Notes: generated by a model not told the origin, from the letters alone. A DNA stretch of 64,000 nucleotides from an uncultured Thermoplasmata archaeon (GCA_963804505.1 CAWDQP010000010.1:123330-187329), one strand, 5' to 3'; positions 9,947-20,677 are shown, numbered from the stretch's first letter. Program-made: numbers and translations.

Positions 9947-11237
9947 ACATTTCCTTCGGCCAGCTGGTCGGCACCCAAAACGACACACTCAACGCCACCA
10001 ACCTGTCGTTCCCCGCCGATTCCGTCGTGACGTTCACCGTACCTGAACTGGTCCGGGCTCAACTCCTCGAGCCACCCGACGGTCGAGGTGCGGGTCGCCC
10101 CGGACAACGGCACAGGTCCCAGCACGCGGTACCTCCCTGGTCAACGGTCAGATCGGGCTCGGGTCGGGCAAGGTGGTCAGCGAGCCGGTCATCTTCCGCG
10201 AAGCCGGTCTCCCTGTCGGGACTGCATGGTCGGTGACGGTGAACGGCGCGACGCTCAGCACCGCATCGATGAGCCTCGAGTTCAACGAGACGAACGGTAG
10301 CTACACCTACTTGGCCGGTTCGACGAACACAAATTACGAGGCCGCTCCGGGATCGATCATCGTGAACGGTGCTCCGGTATCGGCGCCGGTAACGTTCAAC
10401 CTCGTGACCTACGGGCTGACGTTTACGGAGACCGGCCTCCCGGCAAAGTCCCTCGCGAAGGGATGGACCGTCGTCCTGGGCGGTTCGGACCTACGTTCGT
10501 CTTCGCCGTCCATCATGTTCTCCGAGCCCAACGGGAGCTACCCGTATCTGTACATCGGGCCGGCCGGTTACCAAGTCTCGGGGGTGCTCCCCACATCGAC
10601 GATCCACGTCGATGGCGCCAACATCTCGGGCTCGGTCTCGTTTCTGAAGAAGGCGACCGTCACCTTGACGTTCGGTGAGAAGGGGTTGCCGAAGGGCCAA
10701 CCTTGGTGCGTGGAGGTCGGGGGTTGGGAGTCGTGTTCGACGAAGGCGACCGACCGATACCTCAACCTGACCCCCGGCTCGTACCCTTACCAGGTGCCGC
10801 CGATGAGCGGGCAAACGATCACGGCTAAGGAGGGGAAGACGTCGATTCCCCTGTCGGGCAACCTGGACGTCATGCGGAGCACGACCGTTTCGCTGAGATA
10901 CCTGTACCCCTACGTGGTGACGTTCACCGAGACCGGGCTCTCGACCGGGACCTGGTCGGTAACGATCAAGGGGAACGCGCCGACCAACGGGACTGGCGAC
11001 CCGATTACTTTCGACTTGCCGAACGGGACGTACAGCTACAAGATCGGTCCGGAAAGTGGTTACAGTTCCTCGGGCTCGCCGACCAAGGTGAAGGTCAACG
11101 GCGCATCGCTTTCGGTCCTGGTGTCGTTCAAGGCGAAAGTTGGACAGGGACCAACCCCCCCGGTGTTTGTGATGGGCGTCCAGCCGCTCGCTCCACAGCT
11201 AGAGGGCTTTGGCCGCGCTCCTCGAGGGCGTTCGTAA
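9947..11237 (+). CDS. GLP-repeat (thermopsin-like 'FTETGLP') C-terminal region, probably a continuation of the Kelch protein broken by frameshifts
   Basis: Four repeats of about 85 aa of the type (V)TFTETGLPxGTxWSVTxxG...NGSY.Y. No signal peptide or independent start is visible. Frame-hopping continuity (…SVVTFTVPELVRAQLLE / HPTVEVRVAPDNGTGPS / RGTSLVNGQIGLGSGKVVSEPVIFREAGLP) indicates frameshifts at about 9946 and 10080–10170. Confidence 0.55.
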
Positions 11238-11431
11238 GCTTGTGTCGAGAGGATCTCGGAGAGGTTGGGTCGCCCGCTCCCAGACCAGTCGGAGGGACGC
11301 GGCTCGTTGCGGAATACCCATGGCGAATGCATAAGGGAGGTCCGTCGCGAGGCTGATGAAGGTCGAGTGGCCTACCCTCGCAAGGGTGTGAACGGAGCCT
11401 GCACGAATCCCTCGAGTCGCTAGATTCGCCG

Positions 11432-12140
11432 ACCGCGGATTCCCGCGCGGAGCGCACCCGAGACGCCCTCCTGATCGGCCTGACGTTTGCCGCCGGAGCG
11501 GTGGACGCAGTTAGCTACCTGGGACTCGGCCAAATTTTTACCGCGAATATGACGGGAAACGTTGTTTTCTTGGCCCTCGCAGTGGGGGATCGACACCTGC
11601 TCACGGCGCTGCATTCGGTGGTCGCCCTGCTCGGTTTTTGCGTCGGAGCAGTTCTGGCCGGTCGGCTTCTCACCCGACCCCGCCCCACCGGGAACGTGGC
11701 CCCGCCGCGTAACGTCGGTCTTGGCGCTCGCGCTCGCGTGTATGGCTGCCCTTGCCACGGCCTGGCTCGCGACGGGCGGAGAGCCGGGTACTGGAGGACT
11801 GATCTACATAATCATTGGACTGAGCGCGGTAGGAATGGGATTGCAAAATGCCGCGGCGCGTCACCTTGCCGTCCCTGGACTCACGACGACGGTAATCACG
11901 ACGGCACTAACCGGCTTTATGGTGGACCTGCCGGCCCTCGGAATCTCCGGACCCTTCCAGCGCAGAGCTGGGCTGGGCGTTCTCGCGCTTTTCTCGGGGG
12001 CGGGGGTGGGGGCGACGCTCATGATCTTCGCCCGAGCGTTTGCTCCCCTCGTCACGGTCGCCACCGTCGCGACGGTCGCCATCACCGCGTATCTTGTCTT
12101 CGACGGATCCCCCGCGGCTGGCTTGCCAAAGCCAACGTAA
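11432..12140 (+). CDS. DUF1275 (YoaK-like) membrane protein, frameshifted at about 11700
   Basis: N-terminal half in one frame (GLTFAAGAVDAVSYLGLGQIFTANMTGNVVFLALAV) and C-terminal half in another (GLQNAAARHLAVPGLTTTVITTALTGFMVDL). The start is uncertain. Confidence 0.55.
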
Positions 12141-12243
12141 AGTTCCGCCCCAGTCGGTGTGAGCACCGTTCAGCGAACTCCGCTGAATGCGAGCGGCCAA
12201 TCGAGGCATAGCTTCGGTCACTTGTCCCACGGTGACCCACACT

Positions 12244-12888
12244 TCACAGCCAGTTTTGCCGCTCGCTCCTACCGGGGTAGTAGACAGCTACCAGCGAAAT
12301 GTAGCTGAAGGCAATGTCCGCACCGCTCGCCGCCATGTCCATGACTGTGAATGTATCCTCTCCGTATCCGGAGACAGTGAACACGCCCTGCACGGGGACG
12401 GTCTCGAGGAGGATGGTAGAGGGAAGATTGCTCGGAATCGTCAAGACCGTGTTGGCTCCGGAGCATGGGCTAGAACCGTTCTGGATGTAGACGTAGGCAA
12501 TGTCCTCGGTCTCCACGGTATGATTGATGAGGATCTGGGCTTCGCCTTGAATCGCGACAACTCCCGGCCCGGTCACGTTGATGGAGATGTTTGCGTAGGC
12601 CCAGAGCGTGCACGTTGCGGAGGCCCGGGGAAAGCCACTCTCATGGGAATGTGTCGCGACGACAGTCCCGTTGCCGTGGGGTCCTTGGACACCGATCGGG
12701 CCGATGGGACCGATTGGCCCCGCCCTGGTCAAGGTAACTCCTAGAGCTGTCCCGCCGAGAATGATCCCAACGACCCCCAGGATCACCGCGCTCTGACCTA
12801 CGCTCACCACTGCCCTTGAACGTCGCTCCGATCGGGTCCACGCTCGATCGGAGCATTCCGCTTCTCTTCGTGGGGTTTTAGCCCGCAT
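12244..12888 (-). CDS. membrane-anchored protein with a collagen-like GPIGPIGPIG triplet repeat
   Basis: N-terminal TM helix AVVSVGQSAVILGVVGIILGGTALGV, then GPIGPIGPIGVQGPHGNG, then a Cys-containing beta-rich domain. Confidence 0.5.
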   Translation of the reverse strand: MRAKTPRREAECSDRAWTRSERRSRAVVSVGQSAVILGVVGIILGGTALGVTLTRAGPIGPIGPIGVQGPHGNGTVVATHSHESGFPRASATCTLWAYANISINVTGPGVVAIQGEAQILINHTVETEDIAYVYIQNGSSPCSGANTVLTIPSNLPSTILLETVPVQGVFTVSGYGEDTFTVMDMAASGADIAFSYISLVAVYYPGRSERQNWL

Positions 12889-13046
12889 GATGGGCGCACG
12901 AATCCCCTCAACAAGAGAATTGTTCGGTGGACGAGGCGATACGCTCAACAGAGATTGAACGACCTTACTACCGAAGCTAACGATGCGCGGCGTGTCTTAG
13001 GGATTGACGGGCCTGACGAGAGGCGCGAGAGAAGCCGAACGTCTCT

Positions 13047-13622
13047 CTACGACCACCGATAGCCGAACCAACCCGCGCCCCACAGAAGGAGGCCCAGGCC
13101 AACGAAGAGCCCATCAAGGGCAATGAACCAGTCCGGCAAGTGAAGATTTACCCCGGAGACTGAGGCCCATTCGACAGCGCCTAGGAAGACGGTCCATCCG
13201 GCAACAAGGCTCGCGCCCGTCAGCACTAGGATCATTCCCACCAGCTCCCGGGTGGCCCGGCGGTAGCCGAGCGTTGCACCCGACGCGGACGAACCACGCT
13301 GGCTCAGCACCCAGCCGATGGCCACTATCAGGACGCCTACACCGATCACGAAGTAGGAAGCGGCGAGCTCCTGCTCGTACAGCTTGAAATTGAAGTTCGG
13401 GTTGAAAGGCTGAAGGCTCGTGGCTTCCCAGTAACTACTGGCGGCGTTGATCAAGAACCCTATTGAAACGACCAGAACGCCGTCGAGTAAGACCACACGA
13501 CCGAGACGACCCGAACGGGGGGGCGGTCGAGGCTCGGCGGCTGGTGTGACCCGGACAGGGTGCGCCCCCTCAGAGCCCGAAGTGCGCTCGGGTTCCACAG
13601 CAGTCACAAAGTCGGGGCTCAC
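13047..13622 (-). CDS. integral membrane protein (about 4 TM helices), hypothetical
   Basis: Four hydrophobic helices (VVLLDGVLVVSIGFLI; YFVIGVGVLIVAIGWVL; LVGMILVLTGASLVAGWTVFLGAV; LFVGLGLLLWGAGWF). Confidence 0.5.
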   Translation of the reverse strand: MSPDFVTAVEPERTSGSEGAHPVRVTPAAEPRPPPRSGRLGRVVLLDGVLVVSIGFLINAASSYWEATSLQPFNPNFNFKLYEQELAASYFVIGVGVLIVAIGWVLSQRGSSASGATLGYRRATRELVGMILVLTGASLVAGWTVFLGAVEWASVSGVNLHLPDWFIALDGLFVGLGLLLWGAGWFGYRWS

Positions 13623-13954
13623 AGCTCCGCATCGTGTTCTGAGATTTCCTCCCTTCGGTTCTCACACCTTTCGCGGAGACACGGCTTGCGAGCGAAGTCG
13701 ACGCGGTACCCTGACTCCACTCCAGCCGTGCCCCCTCGTGGGCACAATGAAGATTGAACTCACCGGCGGGTTGCCGGGTGATGGGTACTCGCCCTGAGTC
13801 GGCTTGCCTAACGAACTGAGACGAGTGACCTCGTAGAGCACCGTCGCCTGTAATCGATCGCCCACCCCGAAGGGATGCGAAGTGTCCAACATTCGCATCG
13901 GCCGGCTGGACCGGAATACAACTACCACCGCGGCAAGATTCAGGACGGTAGGCC

Positions 13955-14513
13955 ATGGAAGCGGCAACCAACGGAGCCCTCAGCGGAACGGCAGCGACGA
14001 GTGGGACAGTGACGAACGGATCAGTGGGAGCCAGCGCGATGGGATCGAGCGCGGCTCCCAGCCCGCCTCCTCCGAGCGCCGGTCTAACCGGCACGGGTAG
14101 CGCATCGGGTACGGCCCCGGCCGGAGCGGGATCGCCGGCGACTGAGCTCAGCGGGAGCCACAGCGGGATCGACGGCCCAGGCAGGATCGACCGTCGGCGG
14201 GCCGACGGCGCCCTCTGCCTCGTTGGGAGCTACCGGCACCGCTCAAGCGTCTGCGGGAATCGGAGCAGCCGCGCCAACCACGGCGGCGGCGACCACCGCG
14301 GCGGCAGGAACCGCCATCGGCTTCGCAGTGAAGGCCCTGGCGGCTGTCGGCCTCGGCGCCGTCGCCATCGCTGCCGCCGCATACGCTGGCGTGCCCGGAG
14401 TGACCGGCGCCCTTTCGGCGATAGCCACTTCGACCGGCCTTTCTCGCGTCGTCAACTCTATTCAGGGTGCTCTCCAGGGGGGCGCCTCGGGGGGATTCGG
14501 ACTCGGACTGTAG
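13955..14513 (+). CDS. possible Ala/Gly/Ser/Thr-rich low-complexity secreted protein (frameshifted?)
   Basis: Two ORF pieces (13955.. and 14223..14513) rich in AGST with a hydrophobic stretch GFAVKALAAVGLGAVAIAAAAYAGV. Weak evidence. Confidence 0.2.
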
Positions 14514-14798
14514 AGGATTCCCACGGGAGTCTCGCTCCCCCCCGCGAGACTCCCGCCACCCTCGAACCGACCTCCCTCGGGCGGGACTATCGCTCTGTCC
14601 AAGGAGAGTCGAGTGTTTAGAGTAGCGCGCGCTCCGAGAGGGAAAAGGTGCCCTCCCGGCTATCCGGAGCCCGGTTTCACGTCAGGGAAAGTTGGTTTGA
14701 CCGAGAGAGGACTAGCTGCCCGGTCCCGGGCCCTGTTGATGAGCTTGTTCGGCCGGGGGTCCCTGGGCGAGATAGAGGGTGGAGAGGTGCCGCTCGAG

Positions 14799-15563
14799 CT
14801 AACGATATCCCTCCATCGTATAGTCCAACATGAGGAATGCACCTAGCGCGATTCGGTGATCCACCTTCGTCCTCTCGGAGATGTCGATCTGGGTCTTCGC
14901 CGTCGTGAATCCGTGCTTGGTGTCAGCCGACGCAAGAACGGTTCCGCTGCCGAACTCGATGAGCTGAGCAAGAGAGTTGGAGGGGTTGGAGGCAAGGAGC
15001 ATGGCCTCCCGGCCGCCGATGGTGACCCCATAGTGGCGCCCCCATGAATCGTCGGTGACACCGCGTTCGCGCCCCCAAGACCTGGGTTCCATTTGCAAGA
15101 AGGCAAGCACCGCGCCGCTGGCCTCGTGGATCAGGTAGGGGTCCTTGTTCCGACCCAGCATGAGTCCCCCAGCTCCTACCGAGTCGAGGACAAGGACCAG
15201 CGACTGGTTCTCATCCATCAGGGTGTACCTCGCCGGATACGTCGGCTCGGACGTCGCTTCTCCCACAAACTGCCCGGATGAATCCTGGAACCGAAAGGCC
15301 CGCCACTCCCCGTACCCGGTCGTGGGCATCTTGGAGGGACCCTCGGACCCAAAGCTCAGGGCCGATCTGACATTGGAGTGGAGCATCACGAGCTGGTTGA
15401 TGGTCGCTAGCCGCGACGGTGGGGCGCTTATCGCAAACTGATAGGAGGGCACGCTGCCCGGGATTGGCGCCGGCGCACCTGGGCCGGATTCCACTTGCAT
15501 CCCACAGCCGGGGCAGAACTGCGCCGCGTCGGGAACGGGTTTACCGCAACGGGTGCAGAACAT
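14799..15563 (-). CDS. zinc-ribbon domain protein
   Basis: N-terminal MFCTRCGKPVPDAAQFCPGCG zinc ribbon, then a globular domain of about 200 aa. Intact ORF. Confidence 0.6.
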   Translation of the reverse strand: MFCTRCGKPVPDAAQFCPGCGMQVESGPGAPAPIPGSVPSYQFAISAPPSRLATINQLVMLHSNVRSALSFGSEGPSKMPTTGYGEWRAFRFQDSSGQFVGEATSEPTYPARYTLMDENQSLVLVLDSVGAGGLMLGRNKDPYLIHEASGAVLAFLQMEPRSWGRERGVTDDSWGRHYGVTIGGREAMLLASNPSNSLAQLIEFGSGTVLASADTKHGFTTAKTQIDISERTKVDHRIALGAFLMLDYTMEGYR

Positions 15564-15840
15564 CCATCGGGTACGCAAATCCTGGGCCAAAAGAGTTGGC
15601 CCGAGGGTCCAAGGCCAATCCACGGGCAACTTGGATTGAGTGTTTAGAGTAGCGCGCTCTGCCGAGGAAAAACCCCGCAGCAGGAAACGACCCGGAGGGC
15701 CACAGGTCCCCGCAGCTGCTACGTATCTGGCCCGTCCTCATTCTTGAGAACCAGAGTGGCTGGCACGATCCGTCGTCCGTGCGGTCGGAAGGTCGTGCCT
15801 AAGACGGCGATTCTTCTCGAGCATCCGTGGTGGCTGAAGC

Positions 15841-16508
15841 TTAGGCTCGGGCATATGCGTCGAGGTAGGCCGCCGTGGTAAGGGCGAAAGCGACGCAGAG
15901 CGGAGAGATCGTAAAGACGAAGGGCGCAAGCGAGAGGATCAACGCGGGCCAGCTGGTGAAGAAATCGATGAACACCCCGACGATGCCTTGGCCAAGAACG
16001 AGGCCTGAGACGGTCGCAACCCCGAGCGACCATGCGAACGCCGCCCACCCGAGGATGCGGCCGAACGTTCGCTGGAGTGGGGCAGCCCGCCGTGCGAGGG
16101 ATAGGAAGAACGACCCCACAGCAAGTACCATGACACCGCCGACTACCCAGGCGAGCGGCGCCGGCGAGTCCCCGAAGCCCACACTGCCAAGAGAGACGTT
16201 CCAGGCTGCTGCGGCCGCGACCCCACCGACAAGGATTGCCAGCGACTCCCCAATCGAGCGTAGGGCTGGGCGGGCAGGGCTCGGTGGGCCCAAGGAGTTC
16301 CATTCGTGGAGCCCGCGCCAGAGGAAGTAGAATCCGAAGATCGTGGTCGAGAGGCTGAGGTAGGTACCCTACGGTCGACGAGCGTAGGGGTCCGACCTTG
16401 GTTACGAACTGGTAGACTTCTGTTAGCGCCTCCGAGAGGAACCCGACGACGAGCGCCCGGATTGCATGCCGCGGAGACTCCGTCGGGGGAACCAGCCAAC
16501 GTCGCCAA
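15841..16508 (-). CDS. membrane protein, hypothetical, frameshifted near 16370
   Basis: Hydrophobic helices (LAILVGGVAAAAAW; WVVGGVMVLAVGSFFLSL; WAAFAWSLGVATVSGLVLG; WPALILSLAPFVFTISPL). The upstream part (MPLWRRWLVPP...FGFYFLWRGLHEW) lies in another frame. Confidence 0.4.
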
Positions 16509-16795
16509 AGAGGCATCGACGATCCATCCGTTCTTTCAGCCAATGACGTGCTCCGAATCACCGGAATCCTAGGGACGTGAGACGTCTGCACACAGAACGC
16601 TCGGGTGCGAAGGCGCCACCAAACCGGACACACTCTTGGTCCTAAGCGTTCTCATTGGGTTCTGTTGACGACCCGCCGAGTCCACTATGTGCGTCCGTTC
16701 AAAACTCGTGGGTTTCGGGACGACACACAGCGTGGGTCTCCACGAGGCCCCGCGCGCTCCAAAAACTCCGGTCCGCGGGAGGTTCGAATCACCCC

Positions 16796-17437
16796 TCAAC
16801 CGACGAACGGAAGAAGGGAGGGGAGGGCCGTGAACAGAATCGTAAGCAGACCCACGGTGATGAGCAGCCCGCCCAGGACCACTCGGAGCCGCTCCTCCGG
16901 AACATGTTCGTGAAGGTATCCTGCCCCCCTCGATGAGACCGCCGTGATCATGACTAGGGCCGCCGTCGCCGCTACGAAGACAAGCACGACATTACCCGTC
17001 GAGGCCACGAACAGGATGGAGAGAATCTGGGTATTGTCCCCCATCTCGAGCAAGAATGCGAGCCCGAGGGCGACGGTCCGAACCTGTCGTCCGGTGCGTG
17101 CTACCGCTGAAGTTCCCTCGCCCGGCTCATGAACCGGCGCGGGAACCTTTAGAATCTCACGAATGCCGAACGCGACCAGGACCACCCCCCCGACTACCTT
17201 CACCCACAGGAGGTAGGGGCCCAGAACGGTCTCGGCACCATATCCGATGGTAACCGACACTACGGTCGCTGCCCCGAGGCCGACGGACGACCCGATGAAG
17301 ACGTCCCGATACGGGTGTCGCGTCGCGAGGGTGATGACGCCAAAGTTCGACTTGCCTGGTAGCTGGAGTACCGCCACCACCGCGAAAACTAGAATTCCTT
17401 CGATCAGTGTATTCGCGTACAAGAATCCCGCTTCCAC
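16796..17437 (-). CDS. UPF0016 / GDT1 (TMEM165) family cation-transporter membrane protein
   Basis: E-x-G-D-(K/R)-(T/S) signature EMGDNTQIL in the second half. About 6 TM helices. 213 aa. Confidence 0.65.
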   Translation of the reverse strand: MEAGFLYANTLIEGILVFAVVAVLQLPGKSNFGVITLATRHPYRDVFIGSSVGLGAATVVSVTIGYGAETVLGPYLLWVKVVGGVVLVAFGIREILKVPAPVHEPGEGTSAVARTGRQVRTVALGLAFLLEMGDNTQILSILFVASTGNVVLVFVAATAALVMITAVSSRGAGYLHEHVPEERLRVVLGGLLITVGLLTILFTALPSLLPFVG

Positions 17438-17745
17438 CGGTCATGGCCTCAGAGGGATGACTGCTTCGTCGGGGGCGACGTGAGGCCATCGCGGCCAGGA
17501 TCGGCTTGTAACCGGCACCTTTCGTACGGAGGTGACCGAGCCCGAGTCGGCGGTTGCAAATCGTGTGCCTTCTCAAACGGCACTCCCGGACCTCGTCAGG
17601 TTACGCGGGCCGCACCTAGAGCCAAAGGAACGTGGGTTGGCTCGTGGGACCTCCACGACGGGCATGGGCAGGCGTCTCGCTTGGACGAGTGGGCTGTTCT
17701 GCAGGCCTAGGGTGATTGCCCGGCGAAGATAGGAGAGAACGAATG

Positions 17746-18381
17746 TCATGTTGACGCTCGGGCAATCAACTCGGCAAGGTTTCGAGCCACTCGCCGAGTT
17801 AGGGGACGGCGGGTGGCGAGAAGGTTGTACCAAAGGACCCCGTGGACGATGTCGATTACAAGCTCTATGTCAACGGTCCGCCGCAAGTCCCCTCGTGAAC
17901 GCGCACGTTCTAACACTGCGCGCAGGGCTGCCCTACGAGGTTCGAGCAGCTCGCGAAGAAGCCGGCTGTGAAAATCAGGGTCGAACTGGGCCTCGGCCAT
18001 GAGGCCCTGAAGGAGCGCTGGCACCTGAGGGACGTCGAGCGGAAAGTCGAACCCCGCTCCTATGAAATGCTCAAGATCGCGCCGAAGGGAACCCAGGTCC
18101 CGGTCTTGGACCTTCTCGAGAGCCAGTTCTCGAACGACCTCTGACATGAGGCTCGCCCGCGAGTCCCACCATCGGTAGATCGTCTGCTTACCGACCCGGG
18201 CATGGCTGGCAATCCTTTCCAGAGTCACCTTTCCGTATCCCATCTCCCCCACCAGGAACAGGGCGGCCGAGAGAATCGCCGCTCGGCTGGCCTCGCTCCT
18301 GGGACGACCCCGTCTTCTCCGGGGTCCTTGTCCGAGTTGGTCATAGGAGCCCTTCACCATTTTCGAGACGTTACGGTCCAT
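17746..18381 (-). CDS. TetR family transcriptional regulator
   Basis: N-terminal HTH RGRPRSEASRAAILSAALFLVGEMGYGKVTLERIASHARVGKQTIYRWWDSRASL. Divergent from the SDR gene. Confidence 0.8.
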   Translation of the reverse strand: MDRNVSKMVKGSYDQLGQGPRRRRGRPRSEASRAAILSAALFLVGEMGYGKVTLERIASHARVGKQTIYRWWDSRASLMSEVVRELALEKVQDRDLGSLRRDLEHFIGAGFDFPLDVPQVPALLQGLMAEAQFDPDFHSRLLRELLEPRRAALRAVLERARSRGDLRRTVDIELVIDIVHGVLWYNLLATRRPLTRRVARNLAELIARAST

Positions 18382-18403
18382 AAAGGCGAAATACTTCCTG
18401 ACG

Positions 18404-19393
18404 ATGAAAAAGGCTTGCATGATACATTCGATCGCTCTCGTTACCGGCACCACCTCCGGGCTCGGTTATGCGGCAGCCAGTATGCTCGCCGCCGGGGGCT
18501 GCCGCCAGGTCATCGTCACGGGCCGCACCCTGGCCCGGGTCCAGGAAACGGCCTCTCAGCTCGCAGCTGAAACAAACAAACAGGTCTTCACGCCGCTGGA
18601 GCTGGATCTGGGTTCGCCGACAAGCGTTCAGTCCGCTCTAGCTGAGCTGGTCAAGCTAGGTCGATCGATCGATTTTCTTCTGCTGAATGCGGGGATGCTC
18701 GGCGGCAAGGTGCGTGTGGTCACCGTGAAGGGAATTGAGGCGGCTCAGGCCCCACTGATCGGCCATCATCAACTGACTGTGGGGTTGCTCCGCGCCAACC
18801 AGCTTAGCCCCGGCGCGCGGATTGTTATCGCTGGCTCGGAAGCTGCCCGAGGGGACGTGCCTATGTTCAGCTACACCGACGTGGCGGCCCTCGCGGCCAC
18901 TCATCACCAGGGTGACCGAATTGCCGCCGTGGAAGCCCTGTTGCGCGGTGGGCCGAACGTGAAGTACCGGCCCACCCTGGCGTTCGCCGACGCGAAGCTC
19001 ATCGTCGCTTGGTGGGCCGCTGCCCTGGCGCGTCGCCTACCCTCCGGCATGGCTGTATACGCCGTCTCGCCCGGTGCCGCGCCCGACACCCAGGCGGTGC
19101 GGAACGCTGGGGGGGCCACAAAGTGGCTGTTGATCCCGCTGTCAAAGCACATCCCCGGCATGTCTCATACGCCCGAGACCGCGGCTCGTCGCTACCTCCA
19201 GGCATCGGAGTTCGGAACCGACGTCTCGGGCCAATTCTTCGCCTCGGCCCCCAAGAAGCTCACAGGCCCAATCGAGGCGATGCGCCACCCGCACTTTCAC
19301 GATCGCGCCAACCAGGAAGCCGCGTGGCAGGCCGTCGTCAAGGTCTCCGGCGTCGACTTCTCCTCCGCAGCACCCTCGAGCGCTTTGGCCTGA
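18404..19393 (+). CDS. short-chain dehydrogenase/reductase (SDR) family oxidoreductase
   Basis: Motif ALVTGTTSGLG (TGxxxGxG) and LLLNAG. Confidence 0.7.
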   Translation: MKKACMIHSIALVTGTTSGLGYAAASMLAAGGCRQVIVTGRTLARVQETASQLAAETNKQVFTPLELDLGSPTSVQSALAELVKLGRSIDFLLLNAGMLGGKVRVVTVKGIEAAQAPLIGHHQLTVGLLRANQLSPGARIVIAGSEAARGDVPMFSYTDVAALAATHHQGDRIAAVEALLRGGPNVKYRPTLAFADAKLIVAWWAAALARRLPSGMAVYAVSPGAAPDTQAVRNAGGATKWLLIPLSKHIPGMSHTPETAARRYLQASEFGTDVSGQFFASAPKKLTGPIEAMRHPHFHDRANQEAAWQAVVKVSGVDFSSAAPSSALA

Positions 19394-19793
19394 GCGAGCA
19401 CCCGGTCGCGCTGAATTGAACCTGGTGACCCGAATGAACCGGTGGGTCCTGGGTCGCCGTACCCGCGCTTCGATCTCGTCGAAGCTGCGCGGTGGTCCAC
19501 GTGGCCTAAATGTATTTTGAATCATTGAACGAGTTCAGGGCACGGGGAGGGAGCGCCTCCGCCTGTCCTCCCTGCTCGAACCCTTCTAACTAGGCTCCGA
19601 AAGGGGCCCGATACCGGACTAGACCTGCCGTCTCTCTGTCGGCGACCCTTCTCTATCTGAGGGTTTGGCTATGGGGGGCAGGCCCCCTTCACATGTAGGG
19701 TCCTCATCCAAATCCGTGAGAATGCAACTTCCCCGTACGGTCCAACGATCTTGGAGGGCCGGACTGGCGACTTAGGGAGTCTCACGACTTGGT

Positions 19794-20429
19794 TTGTGTG
19801 TTCAAGAAGGGTTGAACACATTACTGGGAGCACTTCCAGAATCTCGAAGAATTCTGGATGATTGCTTCGATCGCGCCCGAGGCGGACGTGAACGCTGGGC
19901 ATTGGCAACGGCCACTTTGAGAGTAACCCTTTCGAACCTTCTTGCAGTTGCGAGGGCCGTGGCGCTCTCCAAAGTCGAACGAGAATTTCACCAAAAAATC
20001 GCAGCGCGTTGCTTCAATGACGCATGGGAGTACCTGGGGAAAAAAACCCCGAACGACCAAGAAGAGGAACGGCTCCTAAGTTTGGTTCACGCCTCGCGAT
20101 ACCACTGGGGACTCGTTGGGACCCCCGAAAACCAGGCGGTCGCGGATTGGCAGATCTCCCGAGCCTACGCAGCGCTCCACCAACCCGATCTTTCCCTCCG
20201 ATTCGCGAGATGTTGCCTCGCGATGTGCGAGAAGCACGATTTGTCCGAGGTTCTGTGCACCGCGTACGAAGCGATCGCCCGCGCCCACGCCGTGGCACGC
20301 GACCCGAAGACGGCGAGAGAGTATCTCCAAGGGGCTCGGCAGCAGCTCGCGACCCTGTCGATCGACCGCGAAGACAGAGCGGTCTACCTGGGCCAGATTC
20401 GGGACACGGAGAGGCTTCTTCGAGAGTAG
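19794..20429 (+). CDS. hypothetical protein in a locally low-GC island
   Basis: 211-aa ORF (TTG start) with protein-like composition. The surrounding region 19.4–20.6 kb is clearly less GC-rich than its flanks. Confidence 0.45.
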   Translation: MCVQEGLNTLLGALPESRRILDDCFDRARGGRERWALATATLRVTLSNLLAVARAVALSKVEREFHQKIAARCFNDAWEYLGKKTPNDQEEERLLSLVHASRYHWGLVGTPENQAVADWQISRAYAALHQPDLSLRFARCCLAMCEKHDLSEVLCTAYEAIARAHAVARDPKTAREYLQGARQQLATLSIDREDRAVYLGQIRDTERLLRE

Positions 20430-20677
20430 CGGCTCCAAAAAAGGACGCGTCTTCGAGCACTTGGTGAGAGGTGTCCCGTTGGCGTTGACCCTACTTTCAC
20501 GCAGGGTACGCCCAAGAGTCCGACAGCGCGTTCGGTGGTCCCGAGAGGCGGAGTGGCTTTGCCCCCCGTTTTCCTAACGTGACGCAGGCTAGGGTGAACG
20601 ATCGGGGAGAAACAAGGGAGAAGGGGTTACGGACCGGAGAGCCCGCGGGCGACGGTTGCCGCCCGACGGGGTTCCGC

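Noticed and set aside
13955-14620. Calling a distinct long gene 13955–14620 from the 221-aa ORF.
   Set aside because: The second half of that ORF is Arg/Gly-rich noise. Only the AGST-rich part, possibly continuing in the 14223–14513 frame, looks even weakly protein-like. I kept it at low confidence only.
16740-16800. A GGTTCGAATC T-loop-like motif at about 16768–16778 that could mark a tRNA or a tRNA-fragment attachment site.
   Set aside because: No complementary T-stem, acceptor stem or anticodon arm can be built around it on either strand. It is probably a chance match.
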